Positions 10,674 through 20,140 of a stretch of DNA of 64,000 bases are shown in pieces; within the stretch, counting starts at the first letter, position 1, and the number at the start of each line of letters is the position of its first letter. The notes under the pieces were generated by a model. The model searched no databases. It was not told where the DNA came from and saw nothing but the letters and a program-made list of their open reading frames with translations. The translations under genes and the position numbers were made by a program. The DNA is from Alphaproteobacteria bacterium (GTDB taxonomy: Bacteria > Pseudomonadota > Alphaproteobacteria > UBA828). Location of the stretch: assembly GCA_965221125.1 (NCBI GenBank), contig CBDCRW010000003.1:32001-96000 (forward strand), written 5' to 3'.

Positions 10674-11877
10674 CGCAGAGGGCACACCCCCGACCGGCGG
10701 CATCGCCTACCGCATCAACCCGGCCGTCCGCGCCGTCATCCCGCCGCCCATCGCCGCGATTGCGCGTCTCGCAGCGGGCCGCGACTTTCCCCCCGACAAG
10801 CCGCTGCTCGACCTGGCCCAGGCAGTGCCGGCCTACCCGCCGGCGGAGGCGCTGACCGCCCATCTCGCGAGCGTCATCCGCAAGCCGGAGATGGCGCGCT
10901 ATACCCCGATCGTCGGCCGGGACGATCTTCGCCATGCGCTCGCGGCGGCGCTCAGCGAAACCTACGGCGGCCGGGTCGCGCCCGATCAGATCGCGATCAC
11001 GGCGGGCTGCAACCAGGCCTTCTGCCTCGCGCTCATGGCGCTTGCCGGGCCGGGCGACGAGGCGATCCTGGCCGGGCCCTCGTACTTCAACTATCAGATG
11101 TGGCTGGAGATGCTGGGCGTCTCGCCCGTCTACCTTCCCTTCCGCCCGGAGCGCGGCGGCGTGCCGGACCCGGCGGACGCACGCGCATGGATCACGCCAC
11201 GTACGCGGGCCATCGTGCTCGTGACGCCCAACAACCCCACGGGCGCCATATACCCGCCGGAGACCATCGACGGCTTCCATCGCCTGGCGCGCGAGGCCGG
11301 CGTGGCGCTGGTGCTCGACGAGACCTACCGCGACTTCCTGCCGGGCGACGGCCCGCCCCACGGCCTGTTCGCGCGCTCCGATTGGGACGAGACGCTGGTC
11401 CACCTCTACAGCTTCTCCAAGGTCTACAGCCTCACCGGCTATCGCGTCGGCGCCCTCGTCGCGGGAAGCGGTCTTCTCGCCGAGGTCGCCAAGGCCGCCG
11501 ACTGCGTCGCAATCTGCGCGCCCGCCATCGCGCAGGAGGCGGCGCTCTACGGCCTTCGCAACCTCGCGGATTTCCGGGCCGAGAAGCGGCGCCTCGTGCT
11601 GGAGCGCGTCACGCAGTTCCGTGCCGTCTTCGAGCGTCGGGACCTGGGCTACGAGCTGATCTGCGCTGGCGCGTTCTTTGCCTACGTGCGCCACCCCTTC
11701 GCCGGCACGCCGGCCGTCGACGTCGCCCACCGGCTCATCCAGGAAGAGAACGTGCTCTGCCTGCCCGGTAGCGCCTTCGGCCCGGACCAGGAGAATTATC
11801 TGCGCTTCGCTCTCGCGAACATCGACGGCGCCGCGATGGTGGCGCTCGGCGACCGTCTGGTCGCCAGCCAGAAATAG
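10669..11877 (+). CDS. PLP-dependent aminotransferase class I/II; start codon non-canonical or uncertain (first GTG at 10825)
   Basis: TPNNPTG, DETY, SFSKVYSLTGYRVG; protein-like sequence continues in frame upstream of 10825. Confidence 0.85.
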   Translation: MSAEGTPPTGGIAYRINPAVRAVIPPPIAAIARLAAGRDFPPDKPLLDLAQAVPAYPPAEALTAHLASVIRKPEMARYTPIVGRDDLRHALAAALSETYGGRVAPDQIAITAGCNQAFCLALMALAGPGDEAILAGPSYFNYQMWLEMLGVSPVYLPFRPERGGVPDPADARAWITPRTRAIVLVTPNNPTGAIYPPETIDGFHRLAREAGVALVLDETYRDFLPGDGPPHGLFARSDWDETLVHLYSFSKVYSLTGYRVGALVAGSGLLAEVAKAADCVAICAPAIAQEAALYGLRNLADFRAEKRRLVLERVTQFRAVFERRDLGYELICAGAFFAYVRHPFAGTPAVDVAHRLIQEENVLCLPGSAFGPDQENYLRFALANIDGAAMVALGDRLVASQK

Positions 11878-11882
11878 TCAGG

Positions 11883-13016
11883 TTAGGGCGCGACCTCGGT
11901 CTGCGCTTCGGTGAAGCGGCCGATATCGAAGCCCTCGATCGGCGTCTCGGTGCGGCCGTCGAGAGCAAGCTCCGCCGCCACCGCGCCGGACGCCGGGCCC
12001 AGGCAGAAGCCGTGACCGCTGAAGCCGAAGGCGTGCACCAGGCCGGGCGTGGTGCGGCTCGGGCAGAGCACCGGCAGGTGGTCCCGCGTGCAGCCCTCGA
12101 CCCCGCTCCAGAAGCGGATCACGGCGAGGTCTGCGATACGGGGGATGATCTCGATCGTTCGCGCCAGCGTGGTGAGGTTCTCCTCGGCGTTGACCTTGCC
12201 GAAGCCGACATCGAGATCGGCGGTGCCGCTGCGCCCGCCGAAGATCACGTTGCCGCGCGGGATCTGGCGGGCATAGACGTCGCCACCCACCACGGCGAGC
12301 ACGGGCTCCATGAAATAGGGCGCGGGCTCGGTGACGACCATCTGCGGCTCCATCGGCCAGATCTCGACCGGCTCGCCGAAGCGCGCCGAAAGCCGCCCGC
12401 CCCATGCGCCCGAGCTGTTGATCAGCGTGTCCCCACGCAGCGTGCGGCCCGACTCGGTCTCAACCGCGAAGCTCGCGCCGTCGCGCTCCACGTGCTTCGC
12501 GCCGTCATGCTCGATCAGCACCGCGCCCGCCGCCCGCGCCGCGCGGGCGAAGGCGGGGCCGACGAGGCGCGGATTGGCCTGCCCATCACTCGCGCAATAG
12601 GCGGCGCCGAGGGCGCTCGGGCCGAGCCAGGGGTAGCGGTCGCGCAGCGTGTTCCGGCCCAGCATCTGGACCTCGACCCCGTACTCGGATTGCGCTTCGG
12701 CATGGGCCGCGATCTGGTCCATGTCCTCGTCGCTGCGCGCGACCTTGATGTTGCCCGTGACCTCGTACTCGCAGTCGCTGCCGACGAGCTCCGGCAGGCG
12801 CTGCCAGATCGCGATCGCGCGGGCGGCGATGGGAAGCTCGGCGAGCTTGCGCCCGTTGCGCCGCACGCCGCCGAAATTGACGCCGCTCGCCGCGGCGCCG
12901 AGCTGGTTCTTCTCCACGACCGCGACGCTCGCGCCACGCTCACGCAGGCAGAGCGCCGCAGCGCAGCCGACCAGGCCGCCGCCGACGATGACCACGTCGG
13001 TTCGCGAATCGCTCAT
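11883..13016 (-). CDS. FAD-dependent D-amino acid oxidase family protein (HcnC/OoxB-like)
   Basis: IVGGGLVG, ASGVNFGGVR, GFSGHGF. Confidence 0.88.
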   Translation of the reverse strand: MSDSRTDVVIVGGGLVGCAAALCLRERGASVAVVEKNQLGAAASGVNFGGVRRNGRKLAELPIAARAIAIWQRLPELVGSDCEYEVTGNIKVARSDEDMDQIAAHAEAQSEYGVEVQMLGRNTLRDRYPWLGPSALGAAYCASDGQANPRLVGPAFARAARAAGAVLIEHDGAKHVERDGASFAVETESGRTLRGDTLINSSGAWGGRLSARFGEPVEIWPMEPQMVVTEPAPYFMEPVLAVVGGDVYARQIPRGNVIFGGRSGTADLDVGFGKVNAEENLTTLARTIEIIPRIADLAVIRFWSGVEGCTRDHLPVLCPSRTTPGLVHAFGFSGHGFCLGPASGAVAAELALDGRTETPIEGFDIGRFTEAQTEVAP

Positions 13017-14416
13017 ATCGAGGCCGCCCGCGAGCGTTCCTCGACCGCTGCCTCCGCGCCTGCACGGATGGAGAGCGGCTTGACCGGGGCCTGGCCCCGC
13101 AGGCGGCCCACCTCCTCCACCGCGCACCCGCGCGCGTCCGCGAGGATCTGAGCGGCAGCCAGGCCGCACACACGGCCTTGGCAGCGGCCCATGCCGACGC
13201 GGGTGAACGCCTTGGCCCGGTTCATCTCCGCCGGCGACAGGGCGCGGCCCTCACGGATGTCGCCGGCCGTGATCGCCTCGCAGCGGCAGACGACGGTCTC
13301 GTCCGGCAGCGCTCGCGCCAGGTGGAAGGGCGCCGGCAGCGCCCGCTCCAGCGCGTTGCGGAAGCGCATGATGCGCCGCAGCTTCGCCCGCAGCCTCGCC
13401 CGCTGCGCGCGCTCCACCGCGATGTCGTGGTCGGCGAGCAGAGCCAGCGCGGCGAGCCGGCCGCGCAGCTCCGCCGCATCGGCGCCGGCGACCCCGGCCC
13501 CATCGCCCGCAAGGTAGACGGAGCCCGTGAGCGCGCGGCCGTCCTCGTCGGCCTGGGGCAGCCATTGCTGCGCCAGCGGGTCGAACGCCATCTCGCAGCC
13601 GGCAAGCTCGGCAAGCTGCACCTCGGACTTCACGCTGTAGCCGATACCGAGTCCGGTGCAGGCGACTCGGTGCTCGCGTCCGCGCCGGTCCCGGTAGCGC
13701 ACGGCCTCCAGGGCGGAGTCGCCCTCGGCGGCGACGGGCATGATGCCGGCCCGCACCGCTAACCCCGCCGCCCTGAGCCAGGTCATGTACCAGACCCCCT
13801 TGGCGAAGGTCCGCCCGCCCGAGAGCAGACCCGGAATCACCGGGATCGCCTGGCTCATGCGGGAGGTGTCGAGCACCGCCGCCACGCGCGCGCCCGCGTG
13901 GACGTACTGGTAGGCGACGAGGTAGAGCAGCGGCCCGGTGCCCATGAAGACGACCGGATCGCCGATGGCACAGCCCTGCGCCTTCAACGCGACCTGGGAG
14001 CCGCCCATGGTGAAGACGCCGGGGAGCGTCCAGCCCGGAAACGGGATGACCCGATCCATGGCGCCGGTGGCGAGGATGATCGCGTCGAACGCGATCCGCT
14101 CGATGCCGTCCGGGCCGAGCGTCTGGGCGACGCCACCCTCGATGTTCCAGATCAACGTGTCGGGGCGATAATCGATCCGCCCCCGCATGCCGTCGAGCGC
14201 GGCATGCACGGCTTGCGCCTTGCCCGCCTCGAAGCCGTAGAGCTTGGCGGCAGGTCTCCGGAACCCTTCCGGCGGCCGGCGATAGATCTGGCCGCCGCTG
14301 CGTGCGCCCTCATCGACGACGATCGGCGCGATGCCGTGACTGACGAGCGTTTCGGCCGCCCGCGTTCCCGCCGGACCGGCGCCGACGATCAGCACGGTGG
14401 GATTGCCGCCGCTCAT
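13013..14416 (-). CDS. FAD/NAD(P)-binding oxidoreductase with BFD-like [2Fe-2S] domain (HcnB/OoxA-like)
   Basis: IVGAGPAG, ATGAMDR, PGWTLPGV, CRCE, GMGRCQGRVC. Confidence 0.88.
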   Translation of the reverse strand: MSGGNPTVLIVGAGPAGTRAAETLVSHGIAPIVVDEGARSGGQIYRRPPEGFRRPAAKLYGFEAGKAQAVHAALDGMRGRIDYRPDTLIWNIEGGVAQTLGPDGIERIAFDAIILATGAMDRVIPFPGWTLPGVFTMGGSQVALKAQGCAIGDPVVFMGTGPLLYLVAYQYVHAGARVAAVLDTSRMSQAIPVIPGLLSGGRTFAKGVWYMTWLRAAGLAVRAGIMPVAAEGDSALEAVRYRDRRGREHRVACTGLGIGYSVKSEVQLAELAGCEMAFDPLAQQWLPQADEDGRALTGSVYLAGDGAGVAGADAAELRGRLAALALLADHDIAVERAQRARLRAKLRRIMRFRNALERALPAPFHLARALPDETVVCRCEAITAGDIREGRALSPAEMNRAKAFTRVGMGRCQGRVCGLAAAQILADARGCAVEEVGRLRGQAPVKPLSIRAGAEAAVEERSRAASI

Positions 14417-14733
14417 GACCCGCCGTCGGGCGCGCAGACGCGCATGCCGTCCCGCACCTCCGTCGTGCACGCGCGGGCACGGCTCCCGTCCTCGAGCACG
14501 ACCCAGCAGTCCTGGCACGCGCCCATGTTGCAGAACCCGGCGCGCGGTCCGCCGTCGAACTCGTTGCGCCGAAGGGCGACGCCGTTGCAGAGAAGCGCGG
14601 TCAGGAGGGTATCGCCGGCAAGCGCGGCAAGCGGCCGCCCGCCGTGAAAAATCGTGACGCCCGGCCGGCCGGTCTCGGCCAGACGAACGAGGCGGCACCC
14701 AGCGCCCGACGGCTGTTCGGCAGGCTGCGACAT
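14413..14733 (-). CDS. 2Fe-2S binding subunit (HcnA-like)
   Basis: FCNMGACQDC...RAC; ATGA overlap with the next gene. Confidence 0.85.
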   Translation of the reverse strand: MSQPAEQPSGAGCRLVRLAETGRPGVTIFHGGRPLAALAGDTLLTALLCNGVALRRNEFDGGPRAGFCNMGACQDCWVVLEDGSRARACTTEVRDGMRVCAPDGGS

Positions 14734-14790
14734 GCGCCCGTGCTGACACGCCGCTCTGCGCGCGTCAAGAAAGGCGCGCGCCGCTGCCCC

Positions 14791-15954
14791 TCACACCGCC
14801 GGGCGACCCTCCGATTCCCGCCCGTAGACGCGCCCCTTCCACACGCTCCGCCGCCCGCCCCAGTCGCGCAGCGCCGAGTGCCAGGTCATGGCGAGGTACA
14901 ACGTGCCGATGAGCGGCAAAGCCAGCGACCAGGCGGGCGAGAGCCGGTAGTAGCGGAGGGTTGGCACGTAGCAGACCCACATGGCGACCAGCCCGGCGGC
15001 TGCCGCGATCCGTGCCGCAAGGGGTCCGGCCAGTCCCGCAATCGGCGCCCAGAATGCGAGCGCCATGAGCAGCGTGCAGAGCAGCAATAGCGCAGGCGAA
15101 TAGCGGAGCTGGGTGTAGGCGGTGCGGGCGACCATCTGCCACATCGCGCCCAGCGTCGGATAGGCCCGGTGACTCACCGCGCCGGAGGTGACGCCCACCC
15201 AGGTTCGCAACCCGGCGTCCTTCACCGCACGCGCCAGCGCGCAGTCGTCGATGAGCGCCCCCCGAATGGCGTCGAAGCCGCCGATCCTGTCGAGCGCGGC
15301 CGTTTCCATCAGTACGCAGCCGCCCGCCGCGGCGGCGACCCACCGGCTCGGCCTGTTCGCCAGGTGGAATGGATAGAGCAGGCGGAAGAAGAAGATGAAG
15401 GCGGGCAGCAGGAGCCGCTCCCAGCCTCTCTGCATGCGAAGCGCCGCCATGACCGAGACGAGCGCCGCGCCGCTTTCTTCCTTCCTGGCAAGCAGCGCCC
15501 GGATCATTCCGGGCCGGAGCGTGATATCGGCGTCCAGCAACAGGATCAGCGGCGTCTCGACGTGCCGGCGCCCCTGCTCCAGAGCCCACAGCTTGCCGGT
15601 CCAGCCGTCCGCCAGCGGCGCGCCGCTGTAGACGTCGAGGTTGAGCGACTCGGTGGCAGCACGGCGGGCGACCTCCGCCGTGCCGTCGCTGGAGCGGTCG
15701 TCGACCAGGATCACGCGAAGGCCCCGGCCCTGTCGACCGAGCGCCGCCAGAGTATCGCCGATGACCGCCGCCTCGTCCCGCGCCGGGATGAGAACGGTCA
15801 CGTCGGCGAGCCCGGTCTCCGCCCCGTCGCCCGCAGTCTCCGGCTCCAGCCGCTCCCGCACGCGCCAGGGCTGCCAGGGCAGCACGAGGATGCAGAGCCA
15901 GATTGCGGCGCCCGCCGCGGCGAGGCCGCTCCAGAGCATCATCGTACCGCTCAT
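14791..15954 (-). CDS. GT2 glycosyltransferase, hopene-associated HpnB-like
   Basis: IPARDEA, DDRSSDGT, GWTGKLWAL, DAD, ALIDDCALA, MVARTAYTQL, WKGR. Confidence 0.85.
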   Translation of the reverse strand: MSGTMMLWSGLAAAGAAIWLCILVLPWQPWRVRERLEPETAGDGAETGLADVTVLIPARDEAAVIGDTLAALGRQGRGLRVILVDDRSSDGTAEVARRAATESLNLDVYSGAPLADGWTGKLWALEQGRRHVETPLILLLDADITLRPGMIRALLARKEESGAALVSVMAALRMQRGWERLLLPAFIFFFRLLYPFHLANRPSRWVAAAAGGCVLMETAALDRIGGFDAIRGALIDDCALARAVKDAGLRTWVGVTSGAVSHRAYPTLGAMWQMVARTAYTQLRYSPALLLLCTLLMALAFWAPIAGLAGPLAARIAAAAGLVAMWVCYVPTLRYYRLSPAWSLALPLIGTLYLAMTWHSALRDWGGRRSVWKGRVYGRESEGRPAV

Positions 15955-16056
15955 CGGCGGGGTTCGCGCGCCGCCCTTGGGCGACGGCTCAGGAGGATTG
16001 CGCCCGTGCCGCAGCCGTCGCGATCGGCGCTGCAGAGACAGACAGACGCCGGCACA

Positions 16057-16479
16057 TCAAGTATCCCTGCGCTTGGTCAAGGTGACGATGTTCCGCCCGT
16101 CCTCGCGCCGGTAGCTGGCCTCGTCCATCAGCTGCAGCACGAGATAGACGCCGAGCCCGCCGATCGGACGTTCCGGTATCGGCGAATCGAGATCGGGCGG
16201 CGGCGCTTCGTTGAACGGATCATACGGCTTGCCGTCGTCAATGACCTCCATGGTGAGAGCGTCCTTCTCCGAAGTCAGCGTGATCTGGATATCGCTGTCC
16301 CCCTGCTCATCGTATCCGTACTTCACGATATTGGTGCCGATCTCCTCGAGCACGAGCTTGATCTGAAACACCAGCCCGGACTCCCAGCCTTCGGCCTCGG
16401 CCAACAGATCGACCGCCGTGTGAATGCGGTCGATCTCGTCAAGCCGGGCTTCCATATTGAGGGTAAGGTTCGCGCCCAC
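16057..16479 (-). CDS. RsbW-like anti-sigma factor / HATPase_c Ser kinase
   Basis: LVLEEIGTNIVKYG, DDGKPYDP, RPIGGLGVYLV, NIVTL. Confidence 0.88.
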   Translation of the reverse strand: MGANLTLNMEARLDEIDRIHTAVDLLAEAEGWESGLVFQIKLVLEEIGTNIVKYGYDEQGDSDIQITLTSEKDALTMEVIDDGKPYDPFNEAPPPDLDSPIPERPIGGLGVYLVLQLMDEASYRREDGRNIVTLTKRRDT

Positions 16480-16714
16480 TCTCTGGTCCTCGCTCGAATA
16501 GAGGCCATGCAGGCTACCGTCGCGTTGGCTGGAGCCAATCCCGCGTGGCCTACCGCGCCGCAGCCTGGCCGGCGCCCTATAGCAATGTCACGAGGCGCAG
16601 ACTCGTCGACGGCCGATGCAACACGCTGCTATACCTGCCCGCGCTTGGCAAGCACTCGTTCTTGCCGGGCAGGGACCGTGCCGTCGGAGAGGTGAAATCG
16701 TGGAGCAGGCAGGG

Positions 16715-16792
<78 letters not shown>

Positions 16793-16803
16793 GCCGCCGG
16801 CCT

Positions 16804-16832
16804 GACTTAGTGAAGCGCCGGTGCCGCGTCAA
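16804..16832 (-). promoter_or_regulatory. Putative sigma70 promoter of tRNA-His
   Basis: TTGACG-N17-TAAGTC just upstream of the tRNA. Confidence 0.45.
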
Positions 16833-16878
16833 GCGGAGGCCCGTCTTGCGGACGAGTTCAGCGAACCAGTGGTGGGGC

Positions 16879-18588
16879 ATGCGGGCGAGACTCGCCGCGC
16901 TGCTTCTTGTCGCGCCGGCCATCGTGGGGATGCCGGTGGAGGCTGGCGGAGCCGACGCGCCGGTGCTTGCTGAGCACGCGATGATCGCTGCGGCGCACCC
17001 TGCAGCGGCCGAAGCCGGCGCCCGCATCCTCGCGGAGGGCGGCGGTGCCATCGACGCGGCGATCGCGGCGCAGATGGTGCTGGGTCTGGTCGAGCCCCAG
17101 TCGTCGGGCATCGGCGGCGGCGGGTTCCTGCTCTACCACGACGCCGAGCGGGAGCGCGTGGAAAGCTACGACGGGAGGGAGACCGCACCGGCTGCCGTCG
17201 ACGAACGCCTGTTCATGGCCGGGGACGGCATGCCGAAGGCATGGCCGGAAGCTGCCGTCGGCGGATTGCCGGTGGGCGTGCCGGGCGTCGTCCGTATGCT
17301 CGAACGCGCGCACCGCGCCCATGGCCGCATGCCCTGGGCGCGACTCTTCGAGCCCGCAGCGGCTCTCGCCGAACAGGGCTTCACCATTTCGCCGCGGCTC
17401 GCCTCGATGATCGAGCGCAATCCCGATCTGGCGCGCTTCCCCGCCGCCCGACGCTATTTCTTTCACCCGGACGGCGTGCCGAAACGCGCTGGCGAGACAC
17501 TGGTCAATCCGACCTATGCCGGGACGATGAGGGCGGTTGCCCGCGAGGGCGCGGACGCTCTCCACGAAGGACCCATCGCGGCCCAAATCGTCGCAGCCGT
17601 GCGTGGCGATTCGCTCAATCCGGGGTTCCTCGCCCTCGCCGATCTCGCCGGCTACCGCGCCCGCGAGCGGCCGCCGGTGTGCCTCGACTATCGGCGACAC
17701 AGGGTATGCAGCATGGGGCCGCCGAGCTCCGGCGGGGTGACGATGCTGCAGATCCTGGGCTTGCTGCGGCGTTTCGACCTCGCCTCTCTTGCGCCCGGCT
17801 CCACGAGAGCGGTCCACCTCGTCAGCGAGACGAGCCGCCTCGCCTTCGCCGACCGCAACCGCTATCTGGCCGACTCGGACTTCGTGACGGTTCCGGTCGA
17901 AGGGCTGCTGGATCCCGCATACCTGCGGCGGCGCTCTCTCCTGATCGATCCCGGCCGCACCATGGGCAGGGCGGAGCCGGGCGTTCCGCCGGGCTCCGAA
18001 GACGTCGAGCGTGCCGATGCCGCATCGCCGGAACTTGCCTCCACGAGTCATCTCTCGGTCGTCGATTCGCGCGGCAACGCCGTCTCGTTCACCACCAGCG
18101 TCGAGCGCGCCTTCGGCTCCCGACTCATGGCCGCTGGCTTCATCCTGAACAGCCAGCTCACCGATTTTTCCTTCGCGTCCACGGACGCACACGGCCCCGT
18201 CGCCAACCGGGTGCAGCCGGGCAAGCGGCCGCGTTCATCGATGACGCCGACGTTGATATTCGATGAGAACGGCGAACTGGTCGCGGCCCTCGGTTCGCCC
18301 GGCGGACCGCGCATCATCGGCTTCGTCGCGCAGTCGGTCATCGCTCTCCTGGATTGGGGCCTCGACGCACAGGCCGCGCTCGGCCTGCCACGGCACGTCA
18401 ATCGGAACGGCGCGACCGAGCTGGAGGCGGGCACCGCGCTCGAGCAGCTCGCGCCTGCGCTGGAGGCACTCGGGCACGAGGTGCGTATCCGGCCGCTGGT
18501 GAGCGGCCTGCACGCCGTCCGCCGGGTCGAGGGCGGGCTGGAAGGCGGCGCCGACCCCCGCCGTGAGGGGATCGCGCTCGGGCATTGA
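16879..18588 (+). CDS. ggt: Gamma-glutamyltransferase
   Basis: Signal peptide; EPQSSGIGGG, DGRETAP, PPSSGG, TSHLSVVD catalytic Thr, PGKRPRSSM, GADPRREG. Confidence 0.95.
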   Translation: MRARLAALLLVAPAIVGMPVEAGGADAPVLAEHAMIAAAHPAAAEAGARILAEGGGAIDAAIAAQMVLGLVEPQSSGIGGGGFLLYHDAERERVESYDGRETAPAAVDERLFMAGDGMPKAWPEAAVGGLPVGVPGVVRMLERAHRAHGRMPWARLFEPAAALAEQGFTISPRLASMIERNPDLARFPAARRYFFHPDGVPKRAGETLVNPTYAGTMRAVAREGADALHEGPIAAQIVAAVRGDSLNPGFLALADLAGYRARERPPVCLDYRRHRVCSMGPPSSGGVTMLQILGLLRRFDLASLAPGSTRAVHLVSETSRLAFADRNRYLADSDFVTVPVEGLLDPAYLRRRSLLIDPGRTMGRAEPGVPPGSEDVERADAASPELASTSHLSVVDSRGNAVSFTTSVERAFGSRLMAAGFILNSQLTDFSFASTDAHGPVANRVQPGKRPRSSMTPTLIFDENGELVAALGSPGGPRIIGFVAQSVIALLDWGLDAQAALGLPRHVNRNGATELEAGTALEQLAPALEALGHEVRIRPLVSGLHAVRRVEGGLEGGADPRREGIALGH

Positions 18589-18614
18589 TCGGGGACGCGC
18601 GTTCCCCGATCCGC

Positions 18615-20057
18615 TTACCGTTCGCGCTCTTCCGAACCGCCGTGATCGGGAAAGTCCGGCACGCGCAGCCTGAAGACCGTGCCCGAGGAATCCGAGCGTT
18701 CCAGGTGAATGTCACCGCCGAGGTTGCGCATGAGGTCACGGGCGATGGCGAGGCCGAGGCCCGTGCCGTCGCTGCGTCCGCCGTCCGCAAAGGCTTCGAA
18801 CAGGTGATCGCGCACCGAGGCCGGAATGCCGGAGCCGGTATCGGCGATCTCGACCACCGTGTCGCCCGTATCGCGCCAGGCGCTCACGCGCACCGTCCCG
18901 CCGCCGACATGGCAGGCAAGCGCCTGCACCGCGTTCTGCGCCAGATTGATGATGACCCTGTAGAGCTGGTCTCGGTCGGCAGCGACCTCGAGGTCCTGCG
19001 GCACGTCGTTGCGCCAGACCACCGAGTCGTCGTCGACGTGAAGCGCCGCCCGGACTTCGTCCACCAATGGCGCGAGCGCGAAGGACGTCTGTCGCGGCGA
19101 CGGCAGGCGCCCGGTCGCAAAGCTCAGCGTGTGGGTGCACAAGGCGATGGCCCGGTCGATCGCCGCGACGAGAGGATGCGCGAGCCTTTGCACCTCCGGA
19201 TCGCGCGCCGTCGCCAGGCGGTCGGTCAGCACGGCCGCCGTCGTCAGCATGTTGCGGAGATCGTGGTTGATCTTCGCAACGCCGGACCCCACTGCGGCGA
19301 GCCGCTCCCGCTGGCGAAGCGCCGCGCGGACGCGCCGCTGCATTACCTGAAGCTCGCGTTGCGCGAGCCCGATCTCGTCGCGCCTGCCGCTGACCCTGAC
19401 GGTCGCGGACGCATCCTCCGGCGCGCGGCGGAACGAGACCAGGCTGTCGGTCATGCGGCCGAGCGGCAGAACCATGAGCCAGTGCAGCGAGATGTAGACG
19501 AGGCCCGCGACGACAAAGGCGAGGATGATGGAGAGCACCAGGATCCGCCCGGAATAGTCGAGCATCGACGCGAACATCGGAGCCTCCGGCAGCACGATGT
19601 CGACCAGGGTGTCGTCGGGGTCGCCGCGTGCGATGCCCATCACGCGAATCGTCCGATCGCCGCCGTGGCGCAGCGCATCGGCGGCCTCCCCGATCAGGCC
19701 CATCGCCGTCTCTTCGCGCAGGTCGAAGCTCGCGTCGACGGTGATCGGCATGTCGTCCCCCAGCACCAGCCGGCGCGTGCCGGCCCGCTTGAGAGAGACC
19801 GCCCTCACCCCGGCGCGCTCCAGAAGGGCGGCGCGGAGCTCCTCGGTCACCATGCCGTCCGGCGATGCCTCGACCGCCAGCGCCGCGATCCGCGCGGCGT
19901 CGATCCGTTCTTCGAGATAGACCAGGCGGTGACGCGCTATGGACGGGACATAGATGAAGATTTCGCCCAGGAGGACGAAGAACACCGTGAGCACCAGAAG
20001 CCGCGCCGAGAGGCCGCTGACTGCCCGCGACAAGACCGAGAACTTTAAACCAGCCAC
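18615..20057 (-). CDS. HAMP-domain sensor histidine kinase
   Basis: Two TM segments, KINHDLRNML H-box, NLAQNA, DTGSGI, GTGLGLAI. Confidence 0.92.
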   Translation of the reverse strand: MAGLKFSVLSRAVSGLSARLLVLTVFFVLLGEIFIYVPSIARHRLVYLEERIDAARIAALAVEASPDGMVTEELRAALLERAGVRAVSLKRAGTRRLVLGDDMPITVDASFDLREETAMGLIGEAADALRHGGDRTIRVMGIARGDPDDTLVDIVLPEAPMFASMLDYSGRILVLSIILAFVVAGLVYISLHWLMVLPLGRMTDSLVSFRRAPEDASATVRVSGRRDEIGLAQRELQVMQRRVRAALRQRERLAAVGSGVAKINHDLRNMLTTAAVLTDRLATARDPEVQRLAHPLVAAIDRAIALCTHTLSFATGRLPSPRQTSFALAPLVDEVRAALHVDDDSVVWRNDVPQDLEVAADRDQLYRVIINLAQNAVQALACHVGGGTVRVSAWRDTGDTVVEIADTGSGIPASVRDHLFEAFADGGRSDGTGLGLAIARDLMRNLGGDIHLERSDSSGTVFRLRVPDFPDHGGSEERER

Positions 20058-20140
20058 GGTGATTCGAAGGAATCGCCTGTTGCTTTGCCTGCTCGACTAT
20101 AAGGCGGGCGCCGGATTGGCGCCACGCTCACCGCATGCGA

